The notes: generated by a model not told the origin, from the letters alone. 64,000 nucleotides of DNA from Selenomonas ruminantium (GCF_902781305.1 NZ_CACZIV010000003.1); one strand, 5' to 3'; numbered from the stretch's first letter, positions 51,692-61,473 are shown. Numbers and translations: made by a program.

Positions 51692-53299
51692 CTACTCCTT
51701 TAACGATACCCCTCGTTTCCCTATCTCGCTCGCAATGTCCATGAGTTCACAATCCCTGATCAACATGGACATAACCGAGGATACATTCACCACAAAAACG
51801 GCGGAAACCATCAGCATACCAATAGAATCAAAGGGCAGACCTAGCTGCTTAAAAATAATAGCATAAATAGCCATGATACCGCCTGGAACCGGAGGTGTCG
51901 CAATACTAAGCTGCAAAGCCAAAATAACGGTTATAAACAGCGAAAATAAGGATAAAGGCAGCTGTGCATTATAAGCCGTATAAAAAACACCAGCCACCAG
52001 CGCTGCAGCTGCAGACGGCGAGAACATGGCATGGGATAATGGCAGCCAAAAATCACAGAATTTACCTTCTATTTTCAAACGCTCTTTGGCAAAGGCCATA
52101 TTTATCGACATAGCTGCCGTATTGCTGGCAGTTGAAAAAGATATTAGAAACACCTTCGACCCCTGACGCAGGAAATCCGCCACATTTATCCGGTACTTAT
52201 AAACAATATGCATGAGCATAAGCATCCCAAAACCGATGCAAAATGCATAATTGGAGGCCACAATCCGCCATACAGCAAAAATTGTTTCCATGCTGTTACT
52301 GGCAATCGACTTGAACACATTCAGGAATATAGCCGCATATATAACTTTGGAAACAATGTCCATCATCTTGACAATCAGCTTATTTAACTCACCCACAATG
52401 ACTTTCAAATTAGGAATCACATTCGTCAAGGTTAAAATACTGATACCGGTCAGTATCGCAATGAAGACTATCTGCAGTATATTTCCCTCGACAAAGGGAG
52501 CGACAAAATTACGAGGAAAAATGCCTAGAAATAATTGGAACAATTCAGACAGTGCCAGGTTGCTTTCCCCATTTATAACAACCACAGGAAAAAAGAACTG
52601 ACATACGCCCGCCGCAAACAGTGACATGCACAGCATAACAATAAAAAAGCGGCGTATAACTCTAAGTCCCACATTACTAAAAGTGGCGACATCCTCCATA
52701 AGACAAATCCCATTAACGATGGAGATAAAGACAAACGGCCCGGTAACTGCAACAATCAGTCCCATCAACGTCTTTAAAAGCGGCTCTGCGACATTGTGTA
52801 TGACCGCCTCCTGTAATTCCGTGGGCAGCAAATCAGCGGCACCGGCACACACTACCGCCAGCAGCGCCGATATGGTAATCGACCCCCCCGGTATTTTTAT
52901 CGGCTTCCACGCTTTTCCGGCATAGGTACTGATCTCATTGTAGCCATTCCTATAAGTATAAATGGTCTCGGCTTGCTCGTAATTCATGAGTCCTTTTAAG
53001 ACTTGTGCCGGCAATATATCATCATCATCGTCAATATCACCATCACTAAGCGGGTTATAGGCCTCACCTTTGATGCGAATGATGACTTTTGGTACCCCAA
53101 ACCACTTTTGAATCTGGAGGGTATAATGATAATTCTGACCAAAATGCTGCTGGCAACGAAGTAAGGCCTCTTCCAGCAGAAGACATATCTTTATACAGTC
53201 ATCCTCCGAAACCGGGGATTTTTCAAAAACCTCGCGAACATCCTCAATTGTTTTTTCCAAATCATCATTGCTGAAACTCAGACGTTTGCTGACTGACAT
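51692..53299 (-). CDS. Dicarboxylate/amino-acid:cation symporter (DAACS) with an N-terminal RsbW-like domain
   Basis: FPRNFVAPFVEGNILQIVF, FSTASN, ATPPVPGG; the first ~130 aa resemble an anti-sigma HATPase (LLEEAL, GEAYNPL, YRNGYNEI). Confidence 0.75.
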   Translation of the reverse strand: MSVSKRLSFSNDDLEKTIEDVREVFEKSPVSEDDCIKICLLLEEALLRCQQHFGQNYHYTLQIQKWFGVPKVIIRIKGEAYNPLSDGDIDDDDDILPAQVLKGLMNYEQAETIYTYRNGYNEISTYAGKAWKPIKIPGGSITISALLAVVCAGAADLLPTELQEAVIHNVAEPLLKTLMGLIVAVTGPFVFISIVNGICLMEDVATFSNVGLRVIRRFFIVMLCMSLFAAGVCQFFFPVVVINGESNLALSELFQLFLGIFPRNFVAPFVEGNILQIVFIAILTGISILTLTNVIPNLKVIVGELNKLIVKMMDIVSKVIYAAIFLNVFKSIASNSMETIFAVWRIVASNYAFCIGFGMLMLMHIVYKYRINVADFLRQGSKVFLISFSTASNTAAMSINMAFAKERLKIEGKFCDFWLPLSHAMFSPSAAAALVAGVFYTAYNAQLPLSLFSLFITVILALQLSIATPPVPGGIMAIYAIIFKQLGLPFDSIGMLMVSAVFVVNVSSVMSMLIRDCELMDIASEIGKRGVSLKE

Positions 53300-53340
53300 C
53301 CTTCCACCTCCTTTCTCCCCTCACTCCCAGTCTGCTGAAC

Positions 53341-53673
53341 TCACAGTTCATCGAGTGATTGGCACATGTTTAAATACGAGTTCATATTGCTATCGAGCAG
53401 AATCTTCTTCACCATGCCAACAGCCCCTGCTACCGAAAATTCCTTACCTTCCCTGTTGGCTTTCTTATACAGTCGCAAAAGTACACGGAGTCCCGCGCTG
53501 GAAATATACGACACAGCCTCCATATCCAGAACAGTCTTATCCTCACGCTCAACGATTTTTTCTCCACTCAAATAAACAGACTCGGCGTTAGAAATATCTA
53601 TCCGCCCCTCGACACGCCAAGCCAACCAGCCATTAGCCAACTTCGTTTCTTTCTGCATAACCTCACTTGCCAT
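53341..53673 (-). CDS. STAS-domain anti-sigma factor antagonist
   Basis: EGRID, LDMEAVSYISSAGLRVLL. Confidence 0.92.
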   Translation of the reverse strand: MASEVMQKETKLANGWLAWRVEGRIDISNAESVYLSGEKIVEREDKTVLDMEAVSYISSAGLRVLLRLYKKANREGKEFSVAGAVGMVKKILLDSNMNSYLNMCQSLDEL

Positions 53674-53762
53674 ATTCTCGGCCTCCTCTATAACGAAATC
53701 ATACGCCTTGACTGTCCCTTAAGGACATAAGGCATATGCTATATGTATCCATTTTTTTACAA

Positions 53763-53787
53763 ATTCGACAAACACCATGAACCTCCT
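53763..53787 (-). promoter_or_regulatory. Putative sigmaH-type promoter of the STAS operon
   Basis: gcAGGA-N17-GAAT, matching the consensus. Confidence 0.55.
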
Positions 53788-53902
53788 GCCTGTTACGCCC
53801 GCTTAAGGCCACAAAATAGCATGCCCCATGCTGTAAAATGGAAAAAGGCGCTATGGATAAAATACTTTCGCATTTCATCACAGCGCCTCGAAAATTTCAC
53901 TC

Positions 53903-54691
53903 TTATTTCTTTTCGCCGAACCATTTAGCGAAAATCTTGTCGTATTCGCCGTTTTCTTTCAGCTTCTTGAGGGCAGCGTTAATTTCCTTCTGCAGTTCCT
54001 CATTGTCCTTGTTGATGGCAATGCCGTAATCTTCAGCCGTGAGCTTTTCTTCGAGCGTCTTTACGCCCTGAGCAGCATTCTTCGTGATGAAGTAGTCATT
54101 AACCGGGCGGTCATTGACCACAGCATCTACGCCCTTTGCCTTGAGTTCCATGAAGCAGTCAGCCGGCGTATTGAGTTCCTTGATTTCCACGCCTTCGATT
54201 TTCTTCACTTCCGCAGCGCTCGTCGTACCAATCTGTACGGCTACCTTCTTGCCCTTGAGGTCAGCGAACTTCTTGATGGCTTCTTCGTCCTGACGGACAA
54301 CCATCGTCAGACCGGACTGGTAATACGGTTCAGAGAAGCGTACATTAGCCTTGCGCTCGTCATTGATGGTCATGCCGGAAATAGCCACATCAATGCTCTT
54401 GCCCTGCAATGCCGGAATCAGGCCGTCAAAGCCCAGATTCTGAATTTCCACTTCACGGCCCATTTCCTTGCCGATGGCGCGGATAAGGTCCATATCAAAG
54501 CCCTGATATTCTTTCTGTCCTTCGTCCTGGAATTCAAACGGCGGGAAGTCAATGGAAGAACCAACCTTCAAGACCTTCGCCTGTTTGTCCCCGCCTGCCG
54601 GTGCTGCTGCCTGATCGCTGCCACAGCCAGCGAAGGCAAACATGGCAAAGGCGCCAGCTGCCAAAAGCGACAAAACTTTTTTCATGTTCAT
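53903..54691 (-). CDS. Amino-acid ABC transporter substrate-binding lipoprotein
   Basis: Lipobox FAGC; FPPFEF, GFDMDL, SGMTIN, EDYGIA. Confidence 0.93.
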   Translation of the reverse strand: MNMKKVLSLLAAGAFAMFAFAGCGSDQAAAPAGGDKQAKVLKVGSSIDFPPFEFQDEGQKEYQGFDMDLIRAIGKEMGREVEIQNLGFDGLIPALQGKSIDVAISGMTINDERKANVRFSEPYYQSGLTMVVRQDEEAIKKFADLKGKKVAVQIGTTSAAEVKKIEGVEIKELNTPADCFMELKAKGVDAVVNDRPVNDYFITKNAAQGVKTLEEKLTAEDYGIAINKDNEELQKEINAALKKLKENGEYDKIFAKWFGEKK

Positions 54692-54729
54692 AGATAATCC
54701 CCACTCTCAAATAAAATTTACAGTGATAC

Positions 54730-54763
54730 AAAAATGGAGTTTGAGCGTTTCGCTCAAACTCCA
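54730..54763 (-). terminator. Terminator after the zinc-ribbon gene
   Basis: tggagtttgagcg-ttt-cgctcaaactcca followed by a T run on the minus strand. Confidence 0.8.
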
Positions 54764-54819
54764 CTCGTCACGCACAATGTAAGTATATCACACTACAGAA
54801 AATCTGCAAGTGTTAATCA

Positions 54820-55110
54820 TTACATTGCTTCGCCTCTTTTTTTGTTGAAGCAGTCACGGCAGTATACCGGACGATCGTTCTTCGGTTCAAACGGAACTTC
54901 CGTTTCTTTGCCGCATTCTGCGCAAACTACCTTGAACATCGGACGGGCTTCACCGCCATCACGGCTGCGGCGGCGCTTGTCGCGGCAATCGCGGCAACGA
55001 GCCGGCTCGTTTTCAAATCCCTTCTCAGCGTAGAATTCCTGTTCGCCAGCGGTGAACGTAAATTCCTTCCCACATTCTTTGCATACGAGTGTTTTGTCTT
55101 CAAAAGCCAT
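54820..55110 (-). CDS. Zinc-ribbon protein (zf-trcl plus CxxC-x17-CxxC domain)
   Basis: DKTLVCKECG...EQEFY...CRDCR and CAECG...VPFEP...RPVYCRDCF. Confidence 0.88.
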   Translation of the reverse strand: MAFEDKTLVCKECGKEFTFTAGEQEFYAEKGFENEPARCRDCRDKRRRSRDGGEARPMFKVVCAECGKETEVPFEPKNDRPVYCRDCFNKKRGEAM

Positions 55111-55258
55111 ACGATAATCCCCTTACCTAAAAAGAAAATAATATTTAGATGTTCCCTGTATCCCTGAGTCCCCTATAGTGTTTCCGTAGATTACGCCGAG
55201 AAAAAGAACGTCCATGCGTATTATTATATATTGATTTAATCAAAAATGCAAGTGTTTT

Positions 55259-56977
55259 TTATATTGTGCAAAAATTTCGCCATATTGCACAATATCCGCT
55301 TTCCAATTCCTGCATATAATTTTTCACATCCATCAACGGTGATTTTAGAAGATTTGCCCGCAAGCCAGAATGGTAGGCACCGATAAGTTCCGGCGAATTG
55401 CCCAACTGTACAGCACGCCGCACATAGTTGATGTCGTTTTCCACCACCAGCTCCTTTACGCCAGCATTGACCAAAATCGACGCCCCAAAGCGCGAACCGT
55501 GGCGGCGGCCACGCAGGCTCACGACCGGCACTCCCATAAAGAGCGCTTCACAGGTAGTAAGGCCGCCATTATACGGCATGGTATCCAGCGCAATATCAAT
55601 GTCCCGGTATTGCTCCATATAATCGGGGCTGTACGGACGCATCTCCACCCGCGCCAGGTCAAAACTAAGACGCTTGAGCCGGTCGCGCAAAATGGCCCGG
55701 CCGGAATCAATGCTGCAGATTTTTCCCTTGAGCACCAGCTTGGAACTATGCACCTGCTCCAAAATCCCCCGCCAAAGAAGCAGGGTTTCATCCGTCACCT
55801 TGGCCAGATTGTTGAACGAGCCAAAGGTGATAAAGCCATTTTTAAGACACGGTGCCTCTGTCCCCGCTGGTGGGATTTCCCGCACGGCCCCCGGCACATA
55901 GCAAAGATGGGAATGGGGCAGGCGCAGGATTTTCTCCGTAAATCCCTGTTCCGCCATATCCCCGCTCGGCAGGCAGACCTCATCGGACAGGAAGTAATCC
56001 ACGGTAGAAAGTCCCGTGGTATTCATATAGCCAATACCTGCCACCTGCACAGGTGCCGGACGCAGAGCCATAATCGGCATGCAGTTGTCATTGCTGTGTC
56101 CGGAAAGGTCCACCAGAATATCAATGTGGTCTTCGGCAATCAGGCGGGCCGCCGTCCGGGGACTGCGCCCACGCAAATCGCGCCAGGTAACGGGCGAAGC
56201 CATCAGCCTTTTGGTCACATCATCGCGCTTGCCTGTGGAATAGGCATATACACTAAAGCGGCGGCTATCGAAATTCTTGAACAGCGGTGCCACAAAATTA
56301 GCCACCGCATGCTGCCGGAAATCCGGCGAAATATAACCGATACGCAGCTTTTTATCGGGAAGTTTCTTCACTTCATCATGGCGATAAGGCGTGACATTCA
56401 GCAGCGGCTCATATTTTTCTGCCAGCTGCTTGCCCTCCAAAGCGCCCTGTTCCCGATAATTGCGCATAAAAAGATACTTACTGTAAGCGGCGGCTTTTTC
56501 CTCGTCATCAGCTGCTTTTTTGCTGTATGCCAGCATAAGCGCTGCCGCTTTATCCGGCTGTGCCGCCAGATAATAGCCGTCCGCCAGCCAAGCCTGTGCC
56601 TTTTGCAGCAGATAGAGCACGATTTTATAATACGGTTCATCGGGAGTCAAGGCCCAGAGCTTGCGCTCCAACTCATTAACCAGCTTCGCCAGTTCAGGGA
56701 TTTCCGTATCGAGACGAAATTCCACAGCGGCGAGTCCTGCAGCCACAAGTCTTCCCCGCAGATGCTGGGGCTTCTTGAGCAGGATTTCATCCAGCAGGGC
56801 ATGGGCTTCCTCATAATCCCCTGTGTAAAGGGCCGCTTCCGCCATAACCGCTGCCCCATCCATGCTTTCCGCATCCAGCTGCCAAAGTTCCCGCGCACAG
56901 GCCCGCATCCCCTTTGGGTCCCCTTCACTGGCAAATTTATCCGCCAGATTAAGCCAATTTAACGTATCATGATCCAT
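55259..56977 (-). CDS. GT41 / SPINDLY-like O-linked glycosyltransferase with TPR-like N-terminus
   Basis: LRIGYISPDFRQHAV, DLSGH, RPAPVQ, FGSFNN, DIALDTMPYNG, EALFMGVPV. Confidence 0.9.
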   Translation of the reverse strand: MDHDTLNWLNLADKFASEGDPKGMRACARELWQLDAESMDGAAVMAEAALYTGDYEEAHALLDEILLKKPQHLRGRLVAAGLAAVEFRLDTEIPELAKLVNELERKLWALTPDEPYYKIVLYLLQKAQAWLADGYYLAAQPDKAAALMLAYSKKAADDEEKAAAYSKYLFMRNYREQGALEGKQLAEKYEPLLNVTPYRHDEVKKLPDKKLRIGYISPDFRQHAVANFVAPLFKNFDSRRFSVYAYSTGKRDDVTKRLMASPVTWRDLRGRSPRTAARLIAEDHIDILVDLSGHSNDNCMPIMALRPAPVQVAGIGYMNTTGLSTVDYFLSDEVCLPSGDMAEQGFTEKILRLPHSHLCYVPGAVREIPPAGTEAPCLKNGFITFGSFNNLAKVTDETLLLWRGILEQVHSSKLVLKGKICSIDSGRAILRDRLKRLSFDLARVEMRPYSPDYMEQYRDIDIALDTMPYNGGLTTCEALFMGVPVVSLRGRRHGSRFGASILVNAGVKELVVENDINYVRRAVQLGNSPELIGAYHSGLRANLLKSPLMDVKNYMQELESGYCAIWRNFCTI

Positions 56978-57028
56978 AAACAGACTAACTCCCAAGATTT
57001 ATCTAAATGCTTATGCATTGCTTTATTA

Positions 57029-57054
57029 ATTCTACGCTTCCGCCCGCTTATCCT
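57029..57054 (-). promoter_or_regulatory. Putative sigmaH-type promoter of the GT41 gene
   Basis: AGGA-N18-GAAT. Confidence 0.5.
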
Positions 57055-58143
57055 TTATTTATCCCGCAAAAGCTCCATGAGCACATTTTGCGCGGTGGTG
57101 TAGTGATTCAGGCGGGATGCCAGCCAGCCGGCGGTTTCCCGGATAAGGCAGGGCACATCTCCCTCTTTCTCTGCCGCCGTTAATTCCAGCAGCAGCAAAA
57201 ATTGCCATATCTCCCATTGTACCACAAAATACAGCCCATTATAAGCATATGTCCCCAAAACTGCACAGGGATAAAGCTCCTTGAACCACTCATTAACCAG
57301 ATAATTTTCCAGCATCAGGCCATAGGGTCCCTCGCATTTTTCCCACAGCAAATTCTGTGCCGCTGCCTGCTCCATGAAGCCCTGTACCTTAACCTTTTCT
57401 ACCAGCTCTAGATACGCGGCTGTCTTTGCCGTATCATCCTCAATGCCCCGCACAAAACGGCAGAAAAAAATGGCCTGTTTCGCTACGGGCCACGGCTCCC
57501 AAACCACTTCTGCCGCATCTCTGCCCCAGGGCAGGTGTTCATCCGCTTTTGCCAATTCCTGCAAAAGCATGGTCAGCCGCTGATTAAGCGTCAATTCCCG
57601 ATTCTGCAGGATTTCCATTCCTCGTGCCTGCCAATCAAAAAAGTTCAGTTCGGCCAAGGCTTCTGCGTCGCCAGACGGCAGGAAATACTTGCTGCGGGTC
57701 GATTGAATCTGCCGCTCGACCAGCTGCATGGGCTCGTCATTTTGCAGAATCAGTTCTGCCGCCACAGGACAGGTCACGCATAAGGCACGCTCCACTATAT
57801 TATGCGGAAAAAGCCTGGTCTTGCGGGGATATTCGGCACATACATCCGTAAGCATCTGCGCCCCGTATTTTTTTTGCAGGCCGCATAAGCCGTCCGCCCG
57901 CAAAAATACACAGTGGTCATCCTTATGCAGAAACCCAAAGTTCTCCGCTTCAGGCAAATACACCAGTCCCCTGCGCAGCTTTTCCCCGTCTTCCCCTTCC
58001 AGGGCGCGATAACGCGCCAGCGCAGCATCGTCTAAAATCTGCTGCCAGCCATAACAGCAGATTGAGCCACCGCATTTACTGCCATCGCAAAAGAAATGTT
58101 CGAGGTAAGCCGGTTCAATACATAAAAATTCATGCTGTTCCAT
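57055..58143 (-). CDS. fliB: FliB-like flagellin lysine-N-methylase
   Basis: FFCDGSKCGGSICCYGW, CVFL...GLCGLQ, VCAEYPR, CPVAAEL, ENYLV. Confidence 0.8.
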   Translation of the reverse strand: MEQHEFLCIEPAYLEHFFCDGSKCGGSICCYGWQQILDDAALARYRALEGEDGEKLRRGLVYLPEAENFGFLHKDDHCVFLRADGLCGLQKKYGAQMLTDVCAEYPRKTRLFPHNIVERALCVTCPVAAELILQNDEPMQLVERQIQSTRSKYFLPSGDAEALAELNFFDWQARGMEILQNRELTLNQRLTMLLQELAKADEHLPWGRDAAEVVWEPWPVAKQAIFFCRFVRGIEDDTAKTAAYLELVEKVKVQGFMEQAAAQNLLWEKCEGPYGLMLENYLVNEWFKELYPCAVLGTYAYNGLYFVVQWEIWQFLLLLELTAAEKEGDVPCLIRETAGWLASRLNHYTTAQNVLMELLRDK

Positions 58144-58148
58144 CGTCC

Positions 58149-58844
58149 TCACACCTCAGGATTGAGTTCTCTGCCATATTCCCGGATAAAGGCCTTTTGA
58201 TACCCCTTGTACTCATAGGCGAGCGGCTTTTCTTTGGGACAGTGAATACACCAAAAATCCTGCTCCTGATTGGGCACAACCACCTTATACCCCGCCCGCT
58301 GCATTTCCTTACACATGGATGTATCGTAAAGATGCCAACCCGTGAAGATATCCTCGCGCCAGCGAATATCATGCTGCGTGGCAATAAACAGGCCATCCAC
58401 AGCCTCTACTTCCTGATAGGCTCCTTCCGGTTCCCGGCAATGCGAATCCACTACGCTCTCCGGCTCGCAGGCATGCAATACCCGGCCATAAGTCCGCAAA
58501 CCATCCCACCAGACGCCGCTGCGTGGCAGGCTGCGGCAGCCAATCACGCCTACAGCACCAATCGTATCCTCTGCAAAGATATTCCGTAAATCCTGCACCA
58601 GATTTTTATTGACCACCAGGGTATCCTGATGGAGATAGACCTTATAGCGTGCGTTGCTTTTTTCCTGCCCCAGATTATAACCAGCACACATGGATGCCGC
58701 GCCTCTTACGGGGATAAATTCGGCCGTCATGCCCTCAGGTATAAGCAAACTTTCCAGATACAGACGGCATTCGCTGTACCAGTCATCGCTATTCACACAG
58801 GTGATAAAGGCAATCTTCGTTTCGTCCAACAACTCATCACGCAT
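58149..58844 (-). CDS. Glycosyltransferase-like protein (GT2-related)
   Basis: KIAFITCVN, YKVYLHQD, AVDGLF, WHLYD. Confidence 0.8.
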   Translation of the reverse strand: MRDELLDETKIAFITCVNSDDWYSECRLYLESLLIPEGMTAEFIPVRGAASMCAGYNLGQEKSNARYKVYLHQDTLVVNKNLVQDLRNIFAEDTIGAVGVIGCRSLPRSGVWWDGLRTYGRVLHACEPESVVDSHCREPEGAYQEVEAVDGLFIATQHDIRWREDIFTGWHLYDTSMCKEMQRAGYKVVVPNQEQDFWCIHCPKEKPLAYEYKGYQKAFIREYGRELNPEV

Positions 58845-59781
58845 TCTGCATCCCCTGCCATTCCTGCAAAAGTTCCTGCAAATATTGTACTTCTTCCTCT
58901 GTCGTCGCGTTTTGCATAGCGCCCTGTAACAACAGGCCAATCTCTGCCTGTTCTGCCACCGTTTCCGCCATCAACTGGCGATAAAAACGCACCGAATGGA
59001 ATACGGCCTGCTTAATAAAGGCCGCTGTATAATCAGCAAAAAGCCCTGTATCCCGATAAAAAGCCCAAAATTCCCGACAGTTTTTCTCAGGCTCCACACC
59101 ATACTCAAGCCGGTGCAGGTAAGTCGAAAGCTGCCGCCGCTGCTCCTTGGTGTACATGGATTTTAACAGAGCCATCTCCGGCATGGAACGGTCCGCCCGC
59201 ACGAGGTAAAACTCCGTGTTCAAATCGTCCCCTTCATTGTCAAAACCTGCCGCCAACAGCTTTTGCAGGGTCTGTTCATCAGCGGGACGCTTCTGCGGCT
59301 CCATAAAGACCATCTTATAATAGGAAGCATAGAGCAGGCGTTCAAACTCCTGCCGGGCAAAGAGCCGCGCCACCACATTGTAATAATGGCCATCCAGCAA
59401 ATCCAGGAGCTGTGACCAATGACGGATATTGCGAAAACTGGTAAGAAAACTTCCTGTTTCTTTCAAAAATCGGGAAAAACCTGCCGCAATATCCTGCGGA
59501 TGCCCAGCCTGCTCCAAGGTTAAATCCGAGATGATGTAATCAAAAAATTCCCTGGGGTAAGGCAGCGGTGCATCCAGATAATTCAGTTCCGTAAACGCTA
59601 CACCTAAATCCGGATAATCCAGCATAGCATCGGCGTCCGCCGTCACGGCATAGAGTTTAGCGCAGGGAAACATCTGCCGCAGCTTGGGCAGATAGACCAG
59701 ACTTTCCACCACCAAAATGTTCAGCGGCAACTCCCCTGGCTGCAAAAACTGCAATAATTCGGGCTTGATTTTTTCTGCCAC
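58837..59781 (-). CDS. Class I SAM-methyltransferase-fold protein (degenerate motif I)
   Basis: PLPYPREFFDYII, LEQ, FLKETG, SFRNIRHW; motif I reads ILVVES with no glycine-rich loop. Confidence 0.6.
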   Translation of the reverse strand: MAEKIKPELLQFLQPGELPLNILVVESLVYLPKLRQMFPCAKLYAVTADADAMLDYPDLGVAFTELNYLDAPLPYPREFFDYIISDLTLEQAGHPQDIAAGFSRFLKETGSFLTSFRNIRHWSQLLDLLDGHYYNVVARLFARQEFERLLYASYYKMVFMEPQKRPADEQTLQKLLAAGFDNEGDDLNTEFYLVRADRSMPEMALLKSMYTKEQRRQLSTYLHRLEYGVEPEKNCREFWAFYRDTGLFADYTAAFIKQAVFHSVRFYRQLMAETVAEQAEIGLLLQGAMQNATTEEEVQYLQELLQEWQGMQNA

Positions 59782-59920
59782 ACACTCCACCTCCCCTGTT
59801 TACATTCTCCCATTATACCATATTTTCCTGCCCCCCTGCCATTTACAGCCCGTACAAAAGGTGATAGGATAATCCTATCATTTAACTTTGACAGGAGTGG
59901 ATTTTTTGGACGGTACAGCG

Positions 59921-60859
59921 ATGCGGATTCTCTATGTGGCAACAGATTTAATCATGCCTTTGGTGGTGGGCTATTTTATGCACCATCGGCACTGGGTGTC
60001 AGATAATATCATCAACAAGGTGATTCGCTTTAATGTCATCTGCGTATATACCAGCTTGTCTCTGTTGAGTTTCTGGGTACTGCCCTTGTCGTGGAACCTG
60101 CTGCTCGTGCCCGTATTCGGCATGATGCTGGTATTACTCCCCGGCGCCATCGGCTACCTTCTCTTTGCCCGCCATATTGAAAATCTGTTGGACAGAGGTG
60201 CCTTCATCGCCAGTGCCATGCTCGCCAACCTGGGCACATTAGGCGGCGTCTGCGCTTTCATTCTCTACAACGAACAAGGCTACGCCTATTCCCAGCTTAT
60301 CGGCACGACACAAAATGTACTGCTCTGTATCGTCGTGTTCCCCATGGCGCAATACTACTACCTCAAACACACCGCCTCCGTCCGCAAATCCAGCCGCAGC
60401 CACACCTTCCGCGAAATGTTCTTTTCCATCAACCAGCTGAGCCTTCTGGGCATGGCAACGGGACTGCTGCTCAACGCCAACGGTATCGAGCGCCCGGCAG
60501 AACTGGGCACCATCTTCCAAAGCCTCGTGCACATCGGCGCCTGGATTGCCATGCTCCCCGTAGGCTTCCTTATCGACTTCGGCAAGGTGCGCCAATACGC
60601 CAAAGCCGTACGCACGCTTACCCTCCTGCGCTTCGTCATCACCCCGGCCCTTTTCATCGCCCTGACCTGGCTAATCGTCAACGATCCCATCCTGCGCGGA
60701 ACCCTGACCATCCTGACCTTCTGCCCCACCGCCATCAACGCGGTACTCGCCGCCAAAATCTACAAGCTCAACGTCGATATCACCGTATCCTCCTTTGTCA
60801 TCACCACAGCCGCCTACCTCCTGCTAATCTTCCCCCTGCTGTTCCTCTGTTTACACTAA
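59921..60859 (+). CDS. AEC-family membrane transporter
   Basis: About 10 TMs, ANLGTLG, LRFVITP, PTAINA. Confidence 0.8.
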   Translation: MRILYVATDLIMPLVVGYFMHHRHWVSDNIINKVIRFNVICVYTSLSLLSFWVLPLSWNLLLVPVFGMMLVLLPGAIGYLLFARHIENLLDRGAFIASAMLANLGTLGGVCAFILYNEQGYAYSQLIGTTQNVLLCIVVFPMAQYYYLKHTASVRKSSRSHTFREMFFSINQLSLLGMATGLLLNANGIERPAELGTIFQSLVHIGAWIAMLPVGFLIDFGKVRQYAKAVRTLTLLRFVITPALFIALTWLIVNDPILRGTLTILTFCPTAINAVLAAKIYKLNVDITVSSFVITTAAYLLLIFPLLFLCLH

Positions 60860-60882
60860 GAAGCCCCCAAAATTAACACATA

Positions 60883-61353
60883 TAAATTGCAGTTTATCGG
60901 TTAGTTCGTGTTGAAGGTATCCCGTTCATACGTTGTCAGGGGCGAACGGGGAGTAATTTTTCTGTTTTCCGCTAAACGCCCCCCTCGTAAAGGCGAACTG
61001 TCCAGTTACCTGCGCCGGGCAGGCCAACGGCGCTCCTTTCAGCATGTTTTCTTAGCATTTTCTTATCGGGGCCGGCCTTCACTTCGTTCAGGCAGTCGCT
61101 CCCTACAGAAAAATCACTCCCCGTTCGCCCCAAGCTGCGGATTATGCAATCGGCGAGAACTCGTTGCTCTCGTTACAAGAACATCGATGTACTTGCCGCT
61201 TGTCACTGCGAAAATGCCGTCTTATACGGACATCGCTTAAGGCGGAGGTGGTGATGCTTTTCGCCGTGGAACGACTGTCCTTACCACCTCCGCCCCAACT
61301 GAGCTGTGACAATCATAATAAAGCTCGCAATAACATCGATAAACCGCAATTTA
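60883..61353. mobile_element. Putative non-autonomous TIR element (MITE-like) with nested hairpins
   Basis: 17-bp terminal inverted repeats taaattgcagtttatcg / cgataaaccgcaattta (1 mismatch); internal 27-bp IR 60939-60965/61105-61131; no transposase. Confidence 0.6.
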
Positions 61354-61357
61354 CACC

Positions 61358-61387
61358 AAAAAGGAGCTATGAACATTCATAGCTCCT
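61358..61387 (-). terminator. Terminator after the tRNA pair
   Basis: aggagctatgaa...ttcatagctcct followed by a T run on the minus strand. Confidence 0.8.
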
Positions 61388-61398
61388 GTATATTCCTA

Positions 61399-61473
61399 TG
61401 GTGACACCTACGGGATTCGAACCCGTGAACCCGGCGTGAGAGGCCGGTGTCTTAACCGCTTGACGAAGGTGCC
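61399..61473 (-). tRNA. tRNA-Glu (CTC)
   Basis: Cloverleaf; anticodon stem ccggc-ctCTCac-gccgg; GGTTCGAATCC; encoded CCA. Confidence 0.96.

Noticed and set aside
49361-53902. STAS/DAACS/PP2C block as a recent mobile insertion that broke an ABC operon
   Set aside because: No mobility genes or flanking repeats were seen, and the permease has its own consensus promoter, so disruption is not supported.
55370-56962. Long antisense ORFs (also 12191-13327, 23410-24411, 33767-34756, 43152-44531, 44901-45908)
   Set aside because: They are shadows of well-supported genes on the opposite strand, explained by codon bias, with no domain signatures.
60908-61382. 110-aa and 72-aa ORFs in the TIR element
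   Set aside because: No transposase or other recognisable motif; they lie across inverted repeats.
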